In this document: one piece after another, positions 23,590 through 36,108 of the stretch
Position numbering within the stretch: position 1 is the first letter of the stretch
How the letters are laid out: the number at the start of each line of letters is the position of its first letter
Assembly (NCBI RefSeq): GCF_001194135.2
Contig: NC_068981.1
Coordinates: forward strand, 121,266,358 to 121,313,046
DNA length: 46,689 nt
DNA from: Octopus bimaculoides
Taxonomy: Eukaryota
Direction of reading: 5' to 3'
The notes under the pieces: generated by a model
Databases searched by the model: none
What the model was told of the DNA's origin: nothing
What the model saw: the letters and a program-made list of their open reading frames with translations, nothing else
Translations under genes and position numbers: made by a program

Positions 23590-25440
23590 GCATAGTTTTA
23601 CTGTTCCGCTTATGGATTGTATTTATAACGTGCAAATCGGATGATTTCTTTATCTGAAAATCCAAGCGTATCTAGACTGGTAGGCATTAACTTACAAAGC
23701 TTCAATTATTACTGGTATAAAAGTAAATTTGTAATCCCGATACAAGAGCTGGAAGTTTCGGAGCAGTTGCCCATAGTTATCTTCTTTCTCTCTGATTTTC
23801 AAAGAAATATTCACACCAACAGGACAGTTGACAGTGCCGGTACATACTTTTCCTTGTATGTCTAAAACAACGATATTCGGCCTGTTATGCTTGCACTTGA
23901 CAAATGTTTTGATGGAAATGTTGCACCAGTATTGCTTGTGTGGGTATTTTTGTACGTATTCAAGAACAGGGGATTCTCGATATTTATTCCAGGACATTCT
24001 TTCTCCAGGATGGCATTATATATTGTTTTTACGACAACATCATATCGCATAGGAAGGTAGTACCTTGATGACATTTTGGGGAAGCTGCTAATCAAATGTG
24101 TGATATCTTCCACAGAAATATGACATAATTTACAGTTACGGTTGCATCTTGGAAGTCCAATGACTTCATTGTCTCTTTATTTGATTAGGTACTTAATAGC
24201 AATCTCCTGTTCGAAGTGTGATGGAGCAGTCATGAATCAAAGAGAGGTTTCGCTTCATGTAAATGTTATTATCTTCTTCAAGTCTATAAGAAACATACCC
24301 ATACATGCTCTTTTTTCTTTCGGTCTTCTTTCAGGTATACCAGTGCAGCTGATTTGGGGTTGTATGGGAGGTCATCAGGAAGATAGTTCTTCCCAAGGAG
24401 CTCACTTTCAACACGTAGGATATTGTTTTCTTCACTTTTCAGCACTAAGTTAATCTAGTTATTTTTGCTGCTGTTGTTTAGCAAGTGCTGTTTGAAATAG
24501 ACCATGCGACATACAAAGGCTATCCGCGCACTGATCGCAAGCCGCTACCTCCTTTTTTTCTTCTTAGGAAGAACCTGTCGGTATCACTATTTTCGTGGAG
24601 ATCCCCAGTTGATGTTAGAATCTTTCGGGTTTTAATGTCTGTCGAGTGGATTTTATCTACAAACCAGTCAAGTACCCCAAATGCTGGAATCAGCACTGAT
24701 ATTACTAATGCATTGTGGGATATTGTCTTGTAAGAGGAGAGTTCAGACTGCCATAGTTTTCTTAGTCTGATGTAGTATTCTTAGGTCACTCTATCTTTAT
24801 TCACGGTACCTTGGTATGATATATTTTCATTACTGCCAAGGTACCTGTAGCATTCTTTGTATGGGAAAGGAGAGATAGTGAGATCATTGATGCACGACTT
24901 TCCTCGTTCAACAATTAAATAAGAACATTTCGTTTGGCTAAATTCCATTCCTATGTCAGCTGAAAATGTTAATAATTCCAGTTGCTTTTTGTATTGTTAA
25001 CATTTTTAGCAGAAATCTTGAGGTCATCCACAAAGAAATTACGCAGACCCTAGCATGTAGCCGTTTGTTATTTGTAGCAGGAATGATAATGAGCTTAATG
25101 CCAAAATGAACAGAAGTACAGAAAGATTATCTCCATCAACTATTCCCTTTGAAATATTCATAGCATTAGAGGTGATAGTTCCGCTCTCTTTACTAAGTGT
25201 GAGGATTGTGCCTCAGGTCTTTGGAAGCTTCACAATGGCAGCAGTTAAGATAGCAGGCACTTTTTTTTCCAAATGGAGACACTTCAGCTTTGTTTATCAG
25301 AAGTTATTCGGCAGATCCCCACATTCCCTTCTTTCTACCAGCCTACTCATCAGTCACTATATTGATGGATTCAAAATGATCTTAGAGGAAATTATTGAGG
25401 CAGCTTGTATACAGTTTGTACATAATGTTTAGGCAAGCAA
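23590..25440 (-). mobile_element. R2-superfamily (R4/Dong-like) LINE: RT, zinc knuckle and restriction-like endonuclease, disrupted
   Basis: EDITHLISSFP...RYDVVVK (CCHC/RHD region); NRPNIVVLD...CP..VNI..K..K...Y..L...FIPVII (RLE domain). Confidence 0.85.
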
Positions 25441-25644
25441 TGAACCTGTAGTATGTATGTATGTATGTATGTAAGTATATTCACTCATATATATATTCTT
25501 ACAGATGTTTTACTCTTCATCCGCTCGCTCATACCTGGTCATTGATTCATTGAGGTATTCCTGCATGCTCACTTAGTCATGGTTTTATGTTATAGACTAG
25601 TTAAAAGAGTAGCCTCAGCAGCCATGATTTTGTGTATTTCCATG

Positions 25645-25765
25645 TATGTATGTATGTATGTATGTATGTATGTATGTATGTATGTATGTATGTATGTATG
25701 CATGTATGCATGTATGTATGTAGGTTGGTAGGTAGGTAGGTAGGTAGGTAGGTAGGTAGGTAGGG
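25645..25765. repeat. (TATG)n/(TAGG)n microsatellite
   Basis: Directly visible. Confidence 0.95.
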
Positions 25766-26009
25766 AGAGAAGGGAGGAAGTAAATAAGTCAGTTGACTCT
25801 TAAAAGCTACTGGTGACATGTACGCCAGTACGACTTGTCATGTCTTCAGGACGTCAGTAACTAAACCAGCAACCCTATCAAGCCTGCTTGGCAAGAAAGG
25901 TGGTTTTTGTTGGACACCCTGCTGGATGAAAAACAAAACCTATGAAAAGGTGAAATCAGTAGAGTCAATGACCATTCAAGACCTTCAAGCGAAACATCTT
26001 TAGTCTTAG

Positions 26010-26690
26010 TTATCTCCCTGAGACGGGGAAATCTCTTGGTGCACAGTTACTGCGGCACAATAGAGCAGGACACTTATTGTCCCAAAAATGGGAGTTTGGA
26101 TTTGAGCTAATTGTTCTCTCACAATTTCGTCGATCACAAATAACATCAGGTTGGTGAGGGTTTTTCCCAACTCTTGTCAGATTTTTTTCTCTTATGCAGT
26201 GCGTTGTGTATATAAGTACTGAAGTTTTACTTGAATTTCGATGCAAGCTGCGATTTTCGTATTTTATATTCCTCACTTGTTTTTGTGGGATCATAAATAG
26301 TTGCCACTTCTCCATGTAGTGATGGCGGATTGATATCATGTTTGTCTTGGCCGTGTTTCTTGCCGTTCACAGTCTCTTCACAGAAAAGTTTATTGTGTCA
26401 TTAATACTAATTTTGCGCATTTTGGCAGAATGATTATGTTTGGTAGGGTGGCATATTTCTTTTCAAGAAATGTAGCTTGCTGGTGTAATTGTTTCTCTGA
26501 AAATTTGAAGACTGTTGGATATTTCTTATCCTAATATTCTTTATCTCTTTATGCTGTCTATCGAGGGATCTTTCCTAGCCTATCTGTAGAACTGGTAGAG
26601 ATCTTGGTTTAGTTCGAAGATTCACTGGAAATGTGCCCAGTAGTTCCACGATTTGCGATAGCTGACTCCGGGTTCTTTCGTCGCCATTCT
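26010..26690 (-). mobile_element. N-terminal part of an R4/Dong-like LINE, probably the same element as 23590-25440
   Basis: YRKSW...NQDLYQFY..ARKDP motif; same strand; separated by a microsatellite block. Confidence 0.55.
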
Positions 26691-27849
26691 GTATATATAG
26701 TAGTTTTTCCACGTGATTTGTATTTCACAGTTTGAATACTGCTACAATCTATTTTCTTTAAAAAAAAATGTTGCTTCTTTGCATTTACTGAAAGAAAATT
26801 TGCCAGGCTTGCATTAATGGCAAGAATTAAAGGGAATAATATTTATGAATAGTCCCTTATACCAATGTTTCTATGTTCGACGCCATGTATGTATGTATGT
26901 ATGTATGTATGTATGTATGTATGTATGCAGGTACGAATGTATCTGTGCGTAAATTTCTTGGTATCAATAAATTAATAACAAATACGGGACTAATTATACT
27001 TGTAATTACGTCTTTATTCAGATAATAATTAATGTTTCATGCATGCAAAACGCTCATTCTTATTCATATACATGTATTCATACACATACGATTGTATACA
27101 TTGGCTTCACTATATAGCGCAGGCCTTACCTTTTGTGGGTGGAAAAACAGATACTTGCTTTAATAGCACAACTAGAATCTGTTAGTTATGAGAATAACAA
27201 TCGGTTCAATGGATAGGTTGATGCAACAGACCAATGTGACAGAGAATGATAAGTTTTTAACATCTGTGCACTACGTCTGTGACTTAATCCCTTACCACAC
27301 GTTAACGCAGTCTACCTGTCTTTGTGAAACTTTGCAGCAGTAAGTTCATCTAATCATCTAGGTTAGTTTCAGAAAACTAACAAATAATGCAATTTATGTA
27401 TAAAACTTCCTTTGAGTGTGCAGCTGCCTGCATATTGTAGAGTGAGGTGTGAGGAATCATTCTGCCTTGGTCTGTTTCTTAAGACAATTGACGATATTGT
27501 TCAATGCCTTTCCATTTTTAAAAATCTGTAGCCTCTTATTTCAGTAAGTTTTGGTTGCTATTTCTACCAGTTCGAGCGACCGCGTGGATGATTCCTCATT
27601 GGCTCGGTCTTTAATCTCAACTGAAAAGTTACTTGTGTACTTAATGACATATTCATTAATTTTGGTGCTGCCTCATCTACTGCAGTAAAATTTCCATGCT
27701 ATCTATTTATCTTTGACATGGACACCACGGATAGCTGATTATAGGATGCTAACTGTCGACAATTCGGCTGAGAGACAAGCGTTTTATTAACTCAGCCTGC
27801 TAAAACTCTGCTTAAAGACATTAGAATTCGACTGTCGCAATGACAGGAA

Positions 27850-28757
27850 ATTTCAATATCCGCCTTGTCTCGTTGAAACATGTAATTAAAGATTTCAATA
27901 ATTTGCTCTGATCACTATAAATTATAATACGTCGATTGATATTTTCCATAATTTTAGAATAAAATTTTTGAAAACGTCAATTATCGATGCGCTTCATTAT
28001 ATTGATTGGGATTCTACTAAGCAGCTTGCCCTTTGCTATACTTTAATTGAATAAATTCTATACTGTTTTACTAGATGATATCAAGCTTATATTTTATTCA
28101 ATCGTAGATTTTATTGAAACTGCAATGCTATATAATAACGGGCATAAAATATGCTAGAATTAACTTAACTACTGTATTTCGTGCAGATATGTTCTCTGAA
28201 TTATGTATTCTCGCATACAAATTTTGGTATCAGGAAAGAAATATTATATAGATCAAAATGTTATTCATTTAAATATTCTACATGCATTGTTTTATGATTA
28301 CCAGAACGTTTCGCTCTACAGTTCTACAGAATATTTCACTAAATTAAATAATTACCAAACGTTTCTGTTATATAACCACAAATATATGATACAATCATGT
28401 AGTTAATATTTCATCGCTAATTTGGTAAGTATGTTGAAGGTTGTCCGTCAGTGACGAGGTGAGAATAAGCTGAGAAAATTCCAAGCCCTCTTCCATGTTG
28501 GCCAGATATTATATAATGTTCTTCTCAACGCATGAATTTTCCTTTTATGCTTCTAAAATTAAATATCTTAATACTAACTCATCTATATAACATATTTGTC
28601 TTCCGTATTCTAAAATTTTCTCCATATCTTGTGTAGTTAACATGCTTGTTTCGGATACACGTTGTTTTAGGTTCAGTCTCTTTCGGAAATGTCCTCGAAA
28701 ATAGTCTCGGGTCGACCTTACATATATGACAGTAAGATCAACAAAGAAGTACACCGT
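27850..28757 (-). pseudogene. Repeat B S6/C-linker/CNBD running directly into repeat C S1-S4
   Basis: Strong acceptor tgtctctcactag; TVYFFVDLTVIYVRSTRDYFRGHFRKRLNLKQRV. Further on: VVKLILAYFMPVII (S1), YKLDII (S2), GKLLSRIPINIMKR, IIDVFKNFILKL (S3). Many stops. Confidence 0.55.
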
Positions 28758-30330
28758 CTAGTGAGAGACAAATATTATTTAAAAAACACACTATATATTT
28801 TTTATGGGCTACTAATAAATAGTTCCATACGACGAAAACAGCTCAGACACCATTTTGTAACACGTTTGGTGCCTTCATACAGCCCTCAGCCTTTGCTTAC
28901 ATGGCATAGCAAGTTAAAACAGGACGATAGAATATGAGAAAAACGAGAAAAAGAGAGAAGAGAGTAGATGTAAAAGGTGGAGGTTGAAAACACCGGAAAA
29001 CGAAAAAGATTTGCAATTCGGAAACAGTAACTTATCCATATGCTTACACACATACGTATATACAAACACACGTACATTTGCGGATACACTTGTGCGACCA
29101 TGTGCGACCATGTGCGACTATGTTTGACTGACTGTCTGCATATATGTATGCATACACGCATATACGCAAATATATTTATATATATAAGGCAATGACGATG
29201 TTCATATCAATATGCCATAAGTTTTAATATTGTTTTGCAATTGTTTCGGCACCATTCTGCTTCAAACCTAGTTACATATTGAATATCATGTGTAGTCGAT
29301 TAATTTAGAAATATATATNNNNNNNNNNNNNNNNNNNNNNNNNNNNNNNNNNNNNNNNNNNNNNNNNNNNNNNNNNNNNNNNNNNNNNNNNNNNNNNNNN
29401 NNNNNNNNNNNNNNNNNNNNNNNNNNNNNNNNNNNNNNNNNNNNNNNNNNNNNNNNNNNNNNNNNNNNNNNNNNNNNNNNNNNNNNNNNNNNNNNNNNNN
29501 NNNNNNNNNNNNNNNNNNNNNNNNNNNNNNNNNNNNNNNNNNNNNNNNNNNNNNNNNNNNNNNNNNNNNNNNNNNNNNNNNNNNNNNNNNNNNNNNNNNN
29601 NNNNNNNNNNNNNNNNNNNNNNNNNNNNNNNNNNNNNNNNNNNNNNNNNNNNNNNNNNNNNNNNNNNNNNNNNNNNNNNNNNNNNNNNNNNNNNNNNNNN
29701 NNNNNNNNNNNNNNNNNNNNNNNNNNNNNNNNNNNNNNNNNNNNNNNNNNNNNNNNNNNNNNNNNNNNNNNNNNNNNNNNNNNNNNNNNNNNNNNNNNNN
29801 NNNNNNNNNNNNNNNNNNNNNNNNNNNNNNNNNNNNNNNNNNNNNNNNNNNNNNNNNNNNNNNNNNNNNNNNNNNNNNNNNNNNNNNNNNNNNNNNNNNN
29901 NNNNNNNNNNNNNNNNNNNNNNNNNNNNNNNNNNNATATATATATATATATAAATTTAATTGCATTGGGGCATTTAACATTAAATTGCATTGTATCATTA
30001 TATATAACCTGCATTTAGAGCTTCATGTGCATTCTAGTTTGTCCAAAGAAAACTTTGCGAAGAGAATTCGTGGATTATACACCAAATCTGCTTTTACTGG
30101 TCTCCTCAGTTGGACAGATAAACATGTATTAATCTCCGACGAAGTGAGGACCTAGATAACTTAAGTGGCCCAGATTGCATAATTCGACAATTGTCTTCTC
30201 TGAAACATGTATAAGATGGCGTAATAAAATTATTTACGAATCGGTGTTCACTTTCTTCATTCCCTCTCTCACATACACATGCTTGTGCCCACGCACATAG
30301 AAACATACATATTCATTTGTGTCTGCTTAC

Positions 30331-30485
30331 GTTCTGATTTCATATGCAACACTTGGCGACAACTTGCATTACATCCTACCAATGTTGATTGAATTTATGG
30401 AAGTTGATATAGCCGAAAAATTTTCTCCCGCACCATATTTTCTAAATACATTTGTTAATAAATATGGGTCACTGTATCGAAACAA
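30331..30485 (-). pseudogene. Channel repeat B, pore segment
   Basis: Acceptor atatcttag, donor AAC|gtaagc. AISTSINSINIGRM*CKLSPSVAYEI resembles a degenerate 'T.ts.GyGd....E'. Confidence 0.45.
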
Positions 30486-30634
30486 CTAAGATATAAATAT
30501 TTCATTCTGGTTTGCTTAAGTTTGAATCTCGTCTTTAGCAAATACTGTTCACTCACTGTGAAACATTGAAATCCGATTTTCTAACTTGTCTGTTGTACTT
30601 ATCAGACAGTAGAAAGTTTGCATGTACTCACGAG

Positions 30635-30940
30635 TATATGTATGTATGTATGTATAAATGTATGTATGTATGTATGTATGTATGTATGTATGTACGTACG
30701 TACGTACGTATGTGTTTGTATGAATGCATGTAAGTATACATATCTGTATGAATATATGTATTTATGCATGTATGTGTATGCATCTTTGCGACTGTGCGTG
30801 AGTGAGAGAGAAAGTGAGAGCGAGCAAAAGGGATAGAGAGAGGAAGGGAAAGATAGAGAGAGAGAAACGGGAGAAATAAAGGGAGAGAGAGGTAAAAATA
30901 GAGAGTTAGAGTGAGTGAGAGAGATGGAGAGAGAGAGAAA
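30635..30940. repeat. (TATG)n plus GA-rich low-complexity tract
   Basis: Directly visible. Confidence 0.9.
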
Positions 30941-31079
30941 TTCTTCTCTAGAACAAATCAGAAAATGATAGCTCGCTGGAACAGTGGACTACGAAGATAG
31001 ATAACAGATTGGAGTGACCAGATCAAATCCTCTTCTCTTAATAGAACAGAATAGTAACCATTATTCACATTATTTACAT

Positions 31080-31215
31080 TGGACGGATACGTGACCTCAT
31101 CTTGTTTGTTGTTACCACTACGTTTCGGCTGATTTATTATCCAGCCTTCATCAGGTGTCCTGATGGAATTTTGAAATCAACCCTGGGTTCTCACTCATAA
31201 GATATTTTTTACTGA
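31080..31215 (-). mobile_element. Penelope-like element terminus
   Basis: Reverse complement ctgatgaaggctgga...cagccgaaacgt. Confidence 0.4.
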
Positions 31216-31380
31216 TATTATTATTATTATTATTTTATGTTTGACTTTTGCTTTGCATTTGTACAAGTTGGATCCAAGTCTCACCCAGAGACCTCAAGGA
31301 CAAGAAGTTAGAAGTTCATGTAGGTGTTATGCCTAGGGTACCATATATTTGGATTTGTATATAGTGTTGTTCTAGAGAAT
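31216..31380 (-). mobile_element. LINE 3' end with (AAT)n tail; near-identical to 46575-46689
   Basis: ttttatgtttgacttttg...ggatccaagtctcacccagagacctcaag...gtaccatata appears at both loci next to (ATT)n. Confidence 0.75.
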
Positions 31381-32439
31381 GTTTCAGAAACCTTATTATT
31401 ATTATTATTATTATTAATATTATTGTTGTTGTTGTTGTTATTATTATTTTTATTATTATTATTATTATTATTATTTATTCAAGACACTGCCTGGAATTGA
31501 ACTCCGAATCTTGAGGTTAGTAACTCGCGCTCGTTATATGCCCGTAATAACCATTNNNNNNNNNNNNNNNNNNNNNNNNNNNNNNNNNNNNNNNNNNNNN
31601 NNNNNNNNNNNNNNNNNNNNNNNNNNNNNNNNNNNNNNNNNNNNNNNNNNNNNNNNNNNNNNNNNNNNNNNNNNNNNNNNNNNNNNNNNNNNNNNNNNNN
31701 NNNNNNNNNNNNNNNNNNNNNNNNNNNNNNNNNNNNNNNNNNNNNNNNNNNNNNNNNNNNNNNNNNNNNNNNNNNNNNNNNNNNNNNNNNNNNNNNNNNN
31801 NNNNNNNNNNNNNNNNNNNNNNNNNNNNNNNNNNNNNNNNNNNNNNNNNNNNNNNNNNNNNNNNNNNNNNNNNNNNNNNNNNNNNNNNNNNNNNNNNNNN
31901 NNNNNNNNNNNNNNNNNNNNNNNNNNNNNNNNNNNNNNNNNNNNNNNNNNNNNNNNNNNNNNNNNNNNNNNNNNNNNNNNNNNNNNNNNNNNNNNNNNNN
32001 NNNNNNNNNNNNNNNNNNNNNNNNNNNNNNNNNNNNNNNNNNNNNNNNNNNNNNNNNNNNNNNNNNNNNNNNNNNNNNNNNNNNNNNNNNNNNNNNNNNN
32101 NNNNNNNNNNNNNNNNNNNNNNNNNNNNNNNNNNNNNNNNNNNNNNNNNNNNNNNNNNNNNNNNNNNNNNNNNNNNNNNNNNNNNNNNNNNNNNNNNNNN
32201 NNNNNNNNNNNNNNNNNNNNNNNNNNNNNNNNNNNNNNNNNNNNNNNNNNNNNNNNNNNNNNNNNNNNNNNNNNNNNNNNNNNNNNNNNNNNNNNNNNNN
32301 NNNNNNNNNNNNNNNNNNNNNNNNNNNNNNNNNNNNNNNNNNNNNNNNNNTATATATTTATGAATGTATGTATATATGTATGTATATATGTATGTATGTG
32401 TGTGTGTGTGTATGTATGTTTGTATGTGTGTATGTTCGC

Positions 32440-32640
32440 GTTTGGGTTTGTCTCCCAGTATCGCATGGCAACCGCTGTTGATGTGTTTACCTCTCCGTAA
32501 CATATCGGTTCGGCAAAAGAAACCGATAGAATAATACCAGGCTAAAAAAAAAAAGCTATGAAGATTTCGGATTAAAACCCTTTAGGGCGGTATCACAGCA
32601 TGGGCGCCGTCAAATGACTGAAGCAATTAAAAGATAAGAG
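32440..32640 (+). mobile_element. 3' half of an OR-type SINE
   Basis: gtaacatatcggttcggcaaaagaaaccgataga...gtcaaatgactgaa, homologous to 2690-2868. Confidence 0.75.
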
Positions 32641-32649
32641 AAAACATAC

Positions 32650-33190
32650 ACTCATATGCAGTGAGACAATCATATGTTGCTAGAAACTCATGTTGCCCAG
32701 ATAGTGTTTGAAATATCTCCTGAAAGATCTCTGCTTATATGGCAAAATTTCTAATTAACAAAGTAATTTCTTTCATATTTATTATCTTATAGTGAACAAA
32801 AATGCAAGAAGAAAATTATATAAAACTCTTAATTTATTTAATTAGTACATTCTCACGTATCATTTCCTTTTGAGAAAATGAATCTCTTTGATGCTGTACG
32901 TTATATCTATCAATAATCAATATATTTCTCCAAGTTTCAAATATCTAATGAGTATTAGATTTTGGTCAATTTCTTCATTTGGATTAGCAAATTAATTAGT
33001 AATTTTATGGAAAAACATTCATCTTTATTTGAAACACAATATTATAAACTAAAATTCTTCAAGTAATAGACTTAAACACTAGAAATTGAGTGCAGATGCA
33101 ATAGCGCTATTCTTTTGATCTCCAGAGTTAGATTCAGAAAAAGAAAATAACAAAGGAACAGTGGAAGTGAGACAGAGATATATAACGTGA
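32650..33190 (-). pseudogene. Channel repeat B, S1-S4
   Basis: TSTVPLLFSF (S1 end); DQNLILIRYLKLGEIY*LLIDITYSI matches the S2-S3 'I...Ylk...f.lD' motif. Confidence 0.5.
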
Positions 33191-33200
33191 GAGGAAGACA

Positions 33201-33386
<186 letters not shown>

Positions 33387-33527
33387 TCATATATAACGCA
33401 CACATTACTACCCACACGCATAAATACAAATTCAAGTCGGTTATGCCCAGCTTCAGAATTCATCTGCAGGCCTACATTTTCTGAAAGCTTCGGATTCAGT
33501 ATCAGTGAATCATATACTACACTCATT

Positions 33528-33760
33528 ACGGCGGCGAGCTGGCAGAAACGTTAGCACGCCGGGTGAAATGCTTAGTGGTATTTCGCCTGCAGCTACGTTC
33601 TGAGTTCAAATTCCGCCGAGGTCGACTTTGCCTTTCATCCTTTCGGGGTCGATTAAATAAGTACCAGTTACGCACTGAGGTTGGTATAATCGACATAATC
33701 CGTTTGTCTGTCCTTGTTTGTCCCCTCAGTATGTAACCCCTTGTGGGTAGTAAAGAAATA
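33528..33760 (+). mobile_element. Full-length family-A SINE with 16-bp target-site duplication
   Basis: atatactacactcatt at 33512-33527 and 33761-33776. Confidence 0.93.
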
Positions 33761-34241
33761 ATATACTACACTCATTTTAATGAAGCCAAGAGTTTTCAAC
33801 GATTTTCCAAATGATATTATAAATAAAAATATTTTCTTTCAATAGACATTATTAGAATGCGTTGTTGCTTTCTTCCTTTCAATGTTTCAGAATATCGGGA
33901 TATGATTCAATTTTTGAATTTCCTCTCGGTCAAGTCAATAAAGCAGTTTTGAGTATTGCACTGATTCACCTTTGTTAACTTGTCCCTCTTAGTTACAGGA
34001 GTCATTCAGCAATCATTAGCTGCTGTCTCCACTTAAAGCTTCGGCCTCAGTGATATCGGAAGTTTATGGCTAAAATATACTTTATATTAAGAGTGCATTC
34101 AAAATTTATTTAATCCTATGTCTATTGAATTATTTCTGTACCTATAGGTAGTTAGGAAATGTTTCCAATTAAATTGATAAGGTTGCAAGACGCAACGAAA
34201 ATTTTAGGAAATAAAAAAAGAAAAATAAGTGGAAATTTTAC

Positions 34242-34589
34242 CTGTGAGTGTGTTAAATTTTAAGGCACAATAAGAAAATGACTCTCCCCAGACACAATAG
34301 AATAAATTTTGGTAGTTTTTCTCTGTAAAGTACCTAGCTTTAGTGACAAAATCATTTTGCTCAGAAAGCTTACAATTGGAAATATACTTTATCTTATATT
34401 CGATTCCGCTCGTTTTCAAGACACAGATGGGTGCCTTTTCGAAGATCACTCTGCTTAAAAAACGGTCAAGAAATCGTCCTTCTTAGATAATTGATAAGAT
34501 TTTCGATGGAAGAACACACGGTGAGCATTTCATTAGGTTTCTTCAATAGCATAATCGCGTTAGCATTTACATTACCAGTGAAATGTAAT
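34242..34589 (-). pseudogene. Channel repeat A, CNBD beta-roll exon with nonsense codons
   Basis: Acceptor attttcaag, donor ACAG|gtaaaa, 348 bp. One frame reads RNLMKCSPCVLPSKILSII*EGRF...VIFEKAPICVLKTSG...KARYFTE with three in-frame stops. Confidence 0.55.
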
Positions 34590-35368
34590 CTTGAAAATAT
34601 AATTGTCATCCTATCTTCCTTTCTCTGAAGGAAGATAGGATGATCATAGGACTAAACTAAATCAACTGTGAAGTACGAAGCATTATTCCCTTATTTTTGT
34701 TTTCCTTGTCATAAATGGGTTGTTGCGGTTCTAACTAGGTAGCACTTCACCGATGAGGTTCTAACTAGTTAGTACTTCACCAATGTAAAATGTTTTTCCG
34801 GTGAAGAAACATTTATAATTAAGAAGTTTGTTATATATTTACTACCGTATTAATTAACGATGTAACGATTATAAATAAAATCGTATTCTGTCACGGCTTG
34901 ACTGCAAATATATTTTTTAAAGTCTTTAATATTAGAAACGAAACCAGTAACAGTCATAGGCTTAAAATAATAACATTAGAGAAATAAGATATACCCACAT
35001 CGCTGAACAAAGAGAGATATATTTCGTCCTCTTATCCTTTAAGTAAAGTACTAAAGTTTTTTCTTCTTTAATCTTAATTCTATCTGAATTACAATACGTA
35101 TATACATACGTATATGTGCATATGTATGGATATAGGTGAGTGAGTGTATATGTGTATGTGTGTGCGTAAGTGTCTATTTACATGTACATATATGGTACTG
35201 TAATAATTTGGAAATCCAATATATTAGTTTTATGAAGGATGATCTCGTAAGTATAATGTAAATTCAGTTTTTATATGAAATTGTATCCTAGTGATATGCA
35301 AAAATGTGTATGAAATATTTCACAAATATGAATGCTTTGACGTATAAAGGAAAAATGTAAACATTTAC

Positions 35369-35512
35369 TAGTAAGTATATAGATACGCTATCATGAATAA
35401 TACTTTTAAAATAAGGACATTTCGAGATTATCTCATAATCCATTTCGTTTAAAATGAGCTTATATATATCAAGATTATCAGAAATAATTGTTTTTGACGT
35501 ATGTCGACTATT
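35369..35512 (-). pseudogene. Channel repeat A, distal C-linker and CNBD helix A
   Basis: Acceptor ttcactatag, donor gtaaat, 144 bp open. TIISDNLDIYKLILNEMDYEIISKCPYFKSII matches 'il..Lp..Lr.ei.....i.kvplFk'. Confidence 0.6.
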
Positions 35513-35611
35513 CTATAGTGAAATAAATCTAATTATTGAATTCATAGGCAGAAAATTTCAACAATCACAATTATTTTATGTTTATAATTTTCACTGGGGA
35601 AATCGTGCTAT

Positions 35612-35848
35612 TCTTTTATTCTTTTATTGTTTTACTTGTTCAGTGATTTCACCCCGTTCATGCTGGAGCACCGCTTAAAAGGGCATTTTAGTCGAAGAAA
35701 TCGACCCCAGGACTTATCCTTTGTAAACCTCGGTACTAAGTCTAGCGGTCTCTTTTGCCGAGCCCCTAAGTTACGAGGACATAAACACAGCAACATCAGT
35801 TGTCAAGCGATGGTGGGTAACAAACACAGACACAAAGACGCACTCATA
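35612..35848 (-). mobile_element. 3' half of an OR-type SINE
   Basis: Reverse-complement match to 2690-2868 (cttttgccga, tgtcaagcgatg, catgctggagcaccgc). Confidence 0.8.
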
Positions 35849-35852
35849 TATA

Positions 35853-36108
35853 CTGGGTTGGTGCATAATTATTCGGGCGTCTTTTTTTATCAAAAAACTG
35901 TATTCAACAAAAACAATAACAATATTTAACAAAAGCATCTTTAAATGACGGTCTGACCGTCTGCCAAGCAAATGGGAAGCAGTAATTGAAGTAGATGGTG
36001 AATATGCTCCGGAATAATCATTTAAAAATGTTTTTGTTACATGTTATTATTGCTTTTGTTGAATAAAATTTGTTGACAAAAAGCCGTAATATTTATGCAT
36101 CAACCAAA
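35853..36108 (+). mobile_element. Internally deleted mariner element (MITE-sized)
   Basis: Imperfect TIRs ctgggttggtgcataattatt and aatatttatgcatcaaccaaa with TA flanks; transposase tail DRLPSKWEAVIEVDGEY*. Confidence 0.85.

Noticed and set aside
29090-29123. (tgtgcgacca)x3 short tandem repeat, superficially CRISPR-like
   Set aside because: No spacers, 10-bp unit and eukaryotic context; simple slippage.
34449-34589. Apparent frameshift in the repeat A CNBD exon (open frame LHFTGNVNANAIM...)
   Set aside because: The stop-containing frame continuous with VIFEK matches CNBD motifs better, so nonsense codons explain it without a frameshift.
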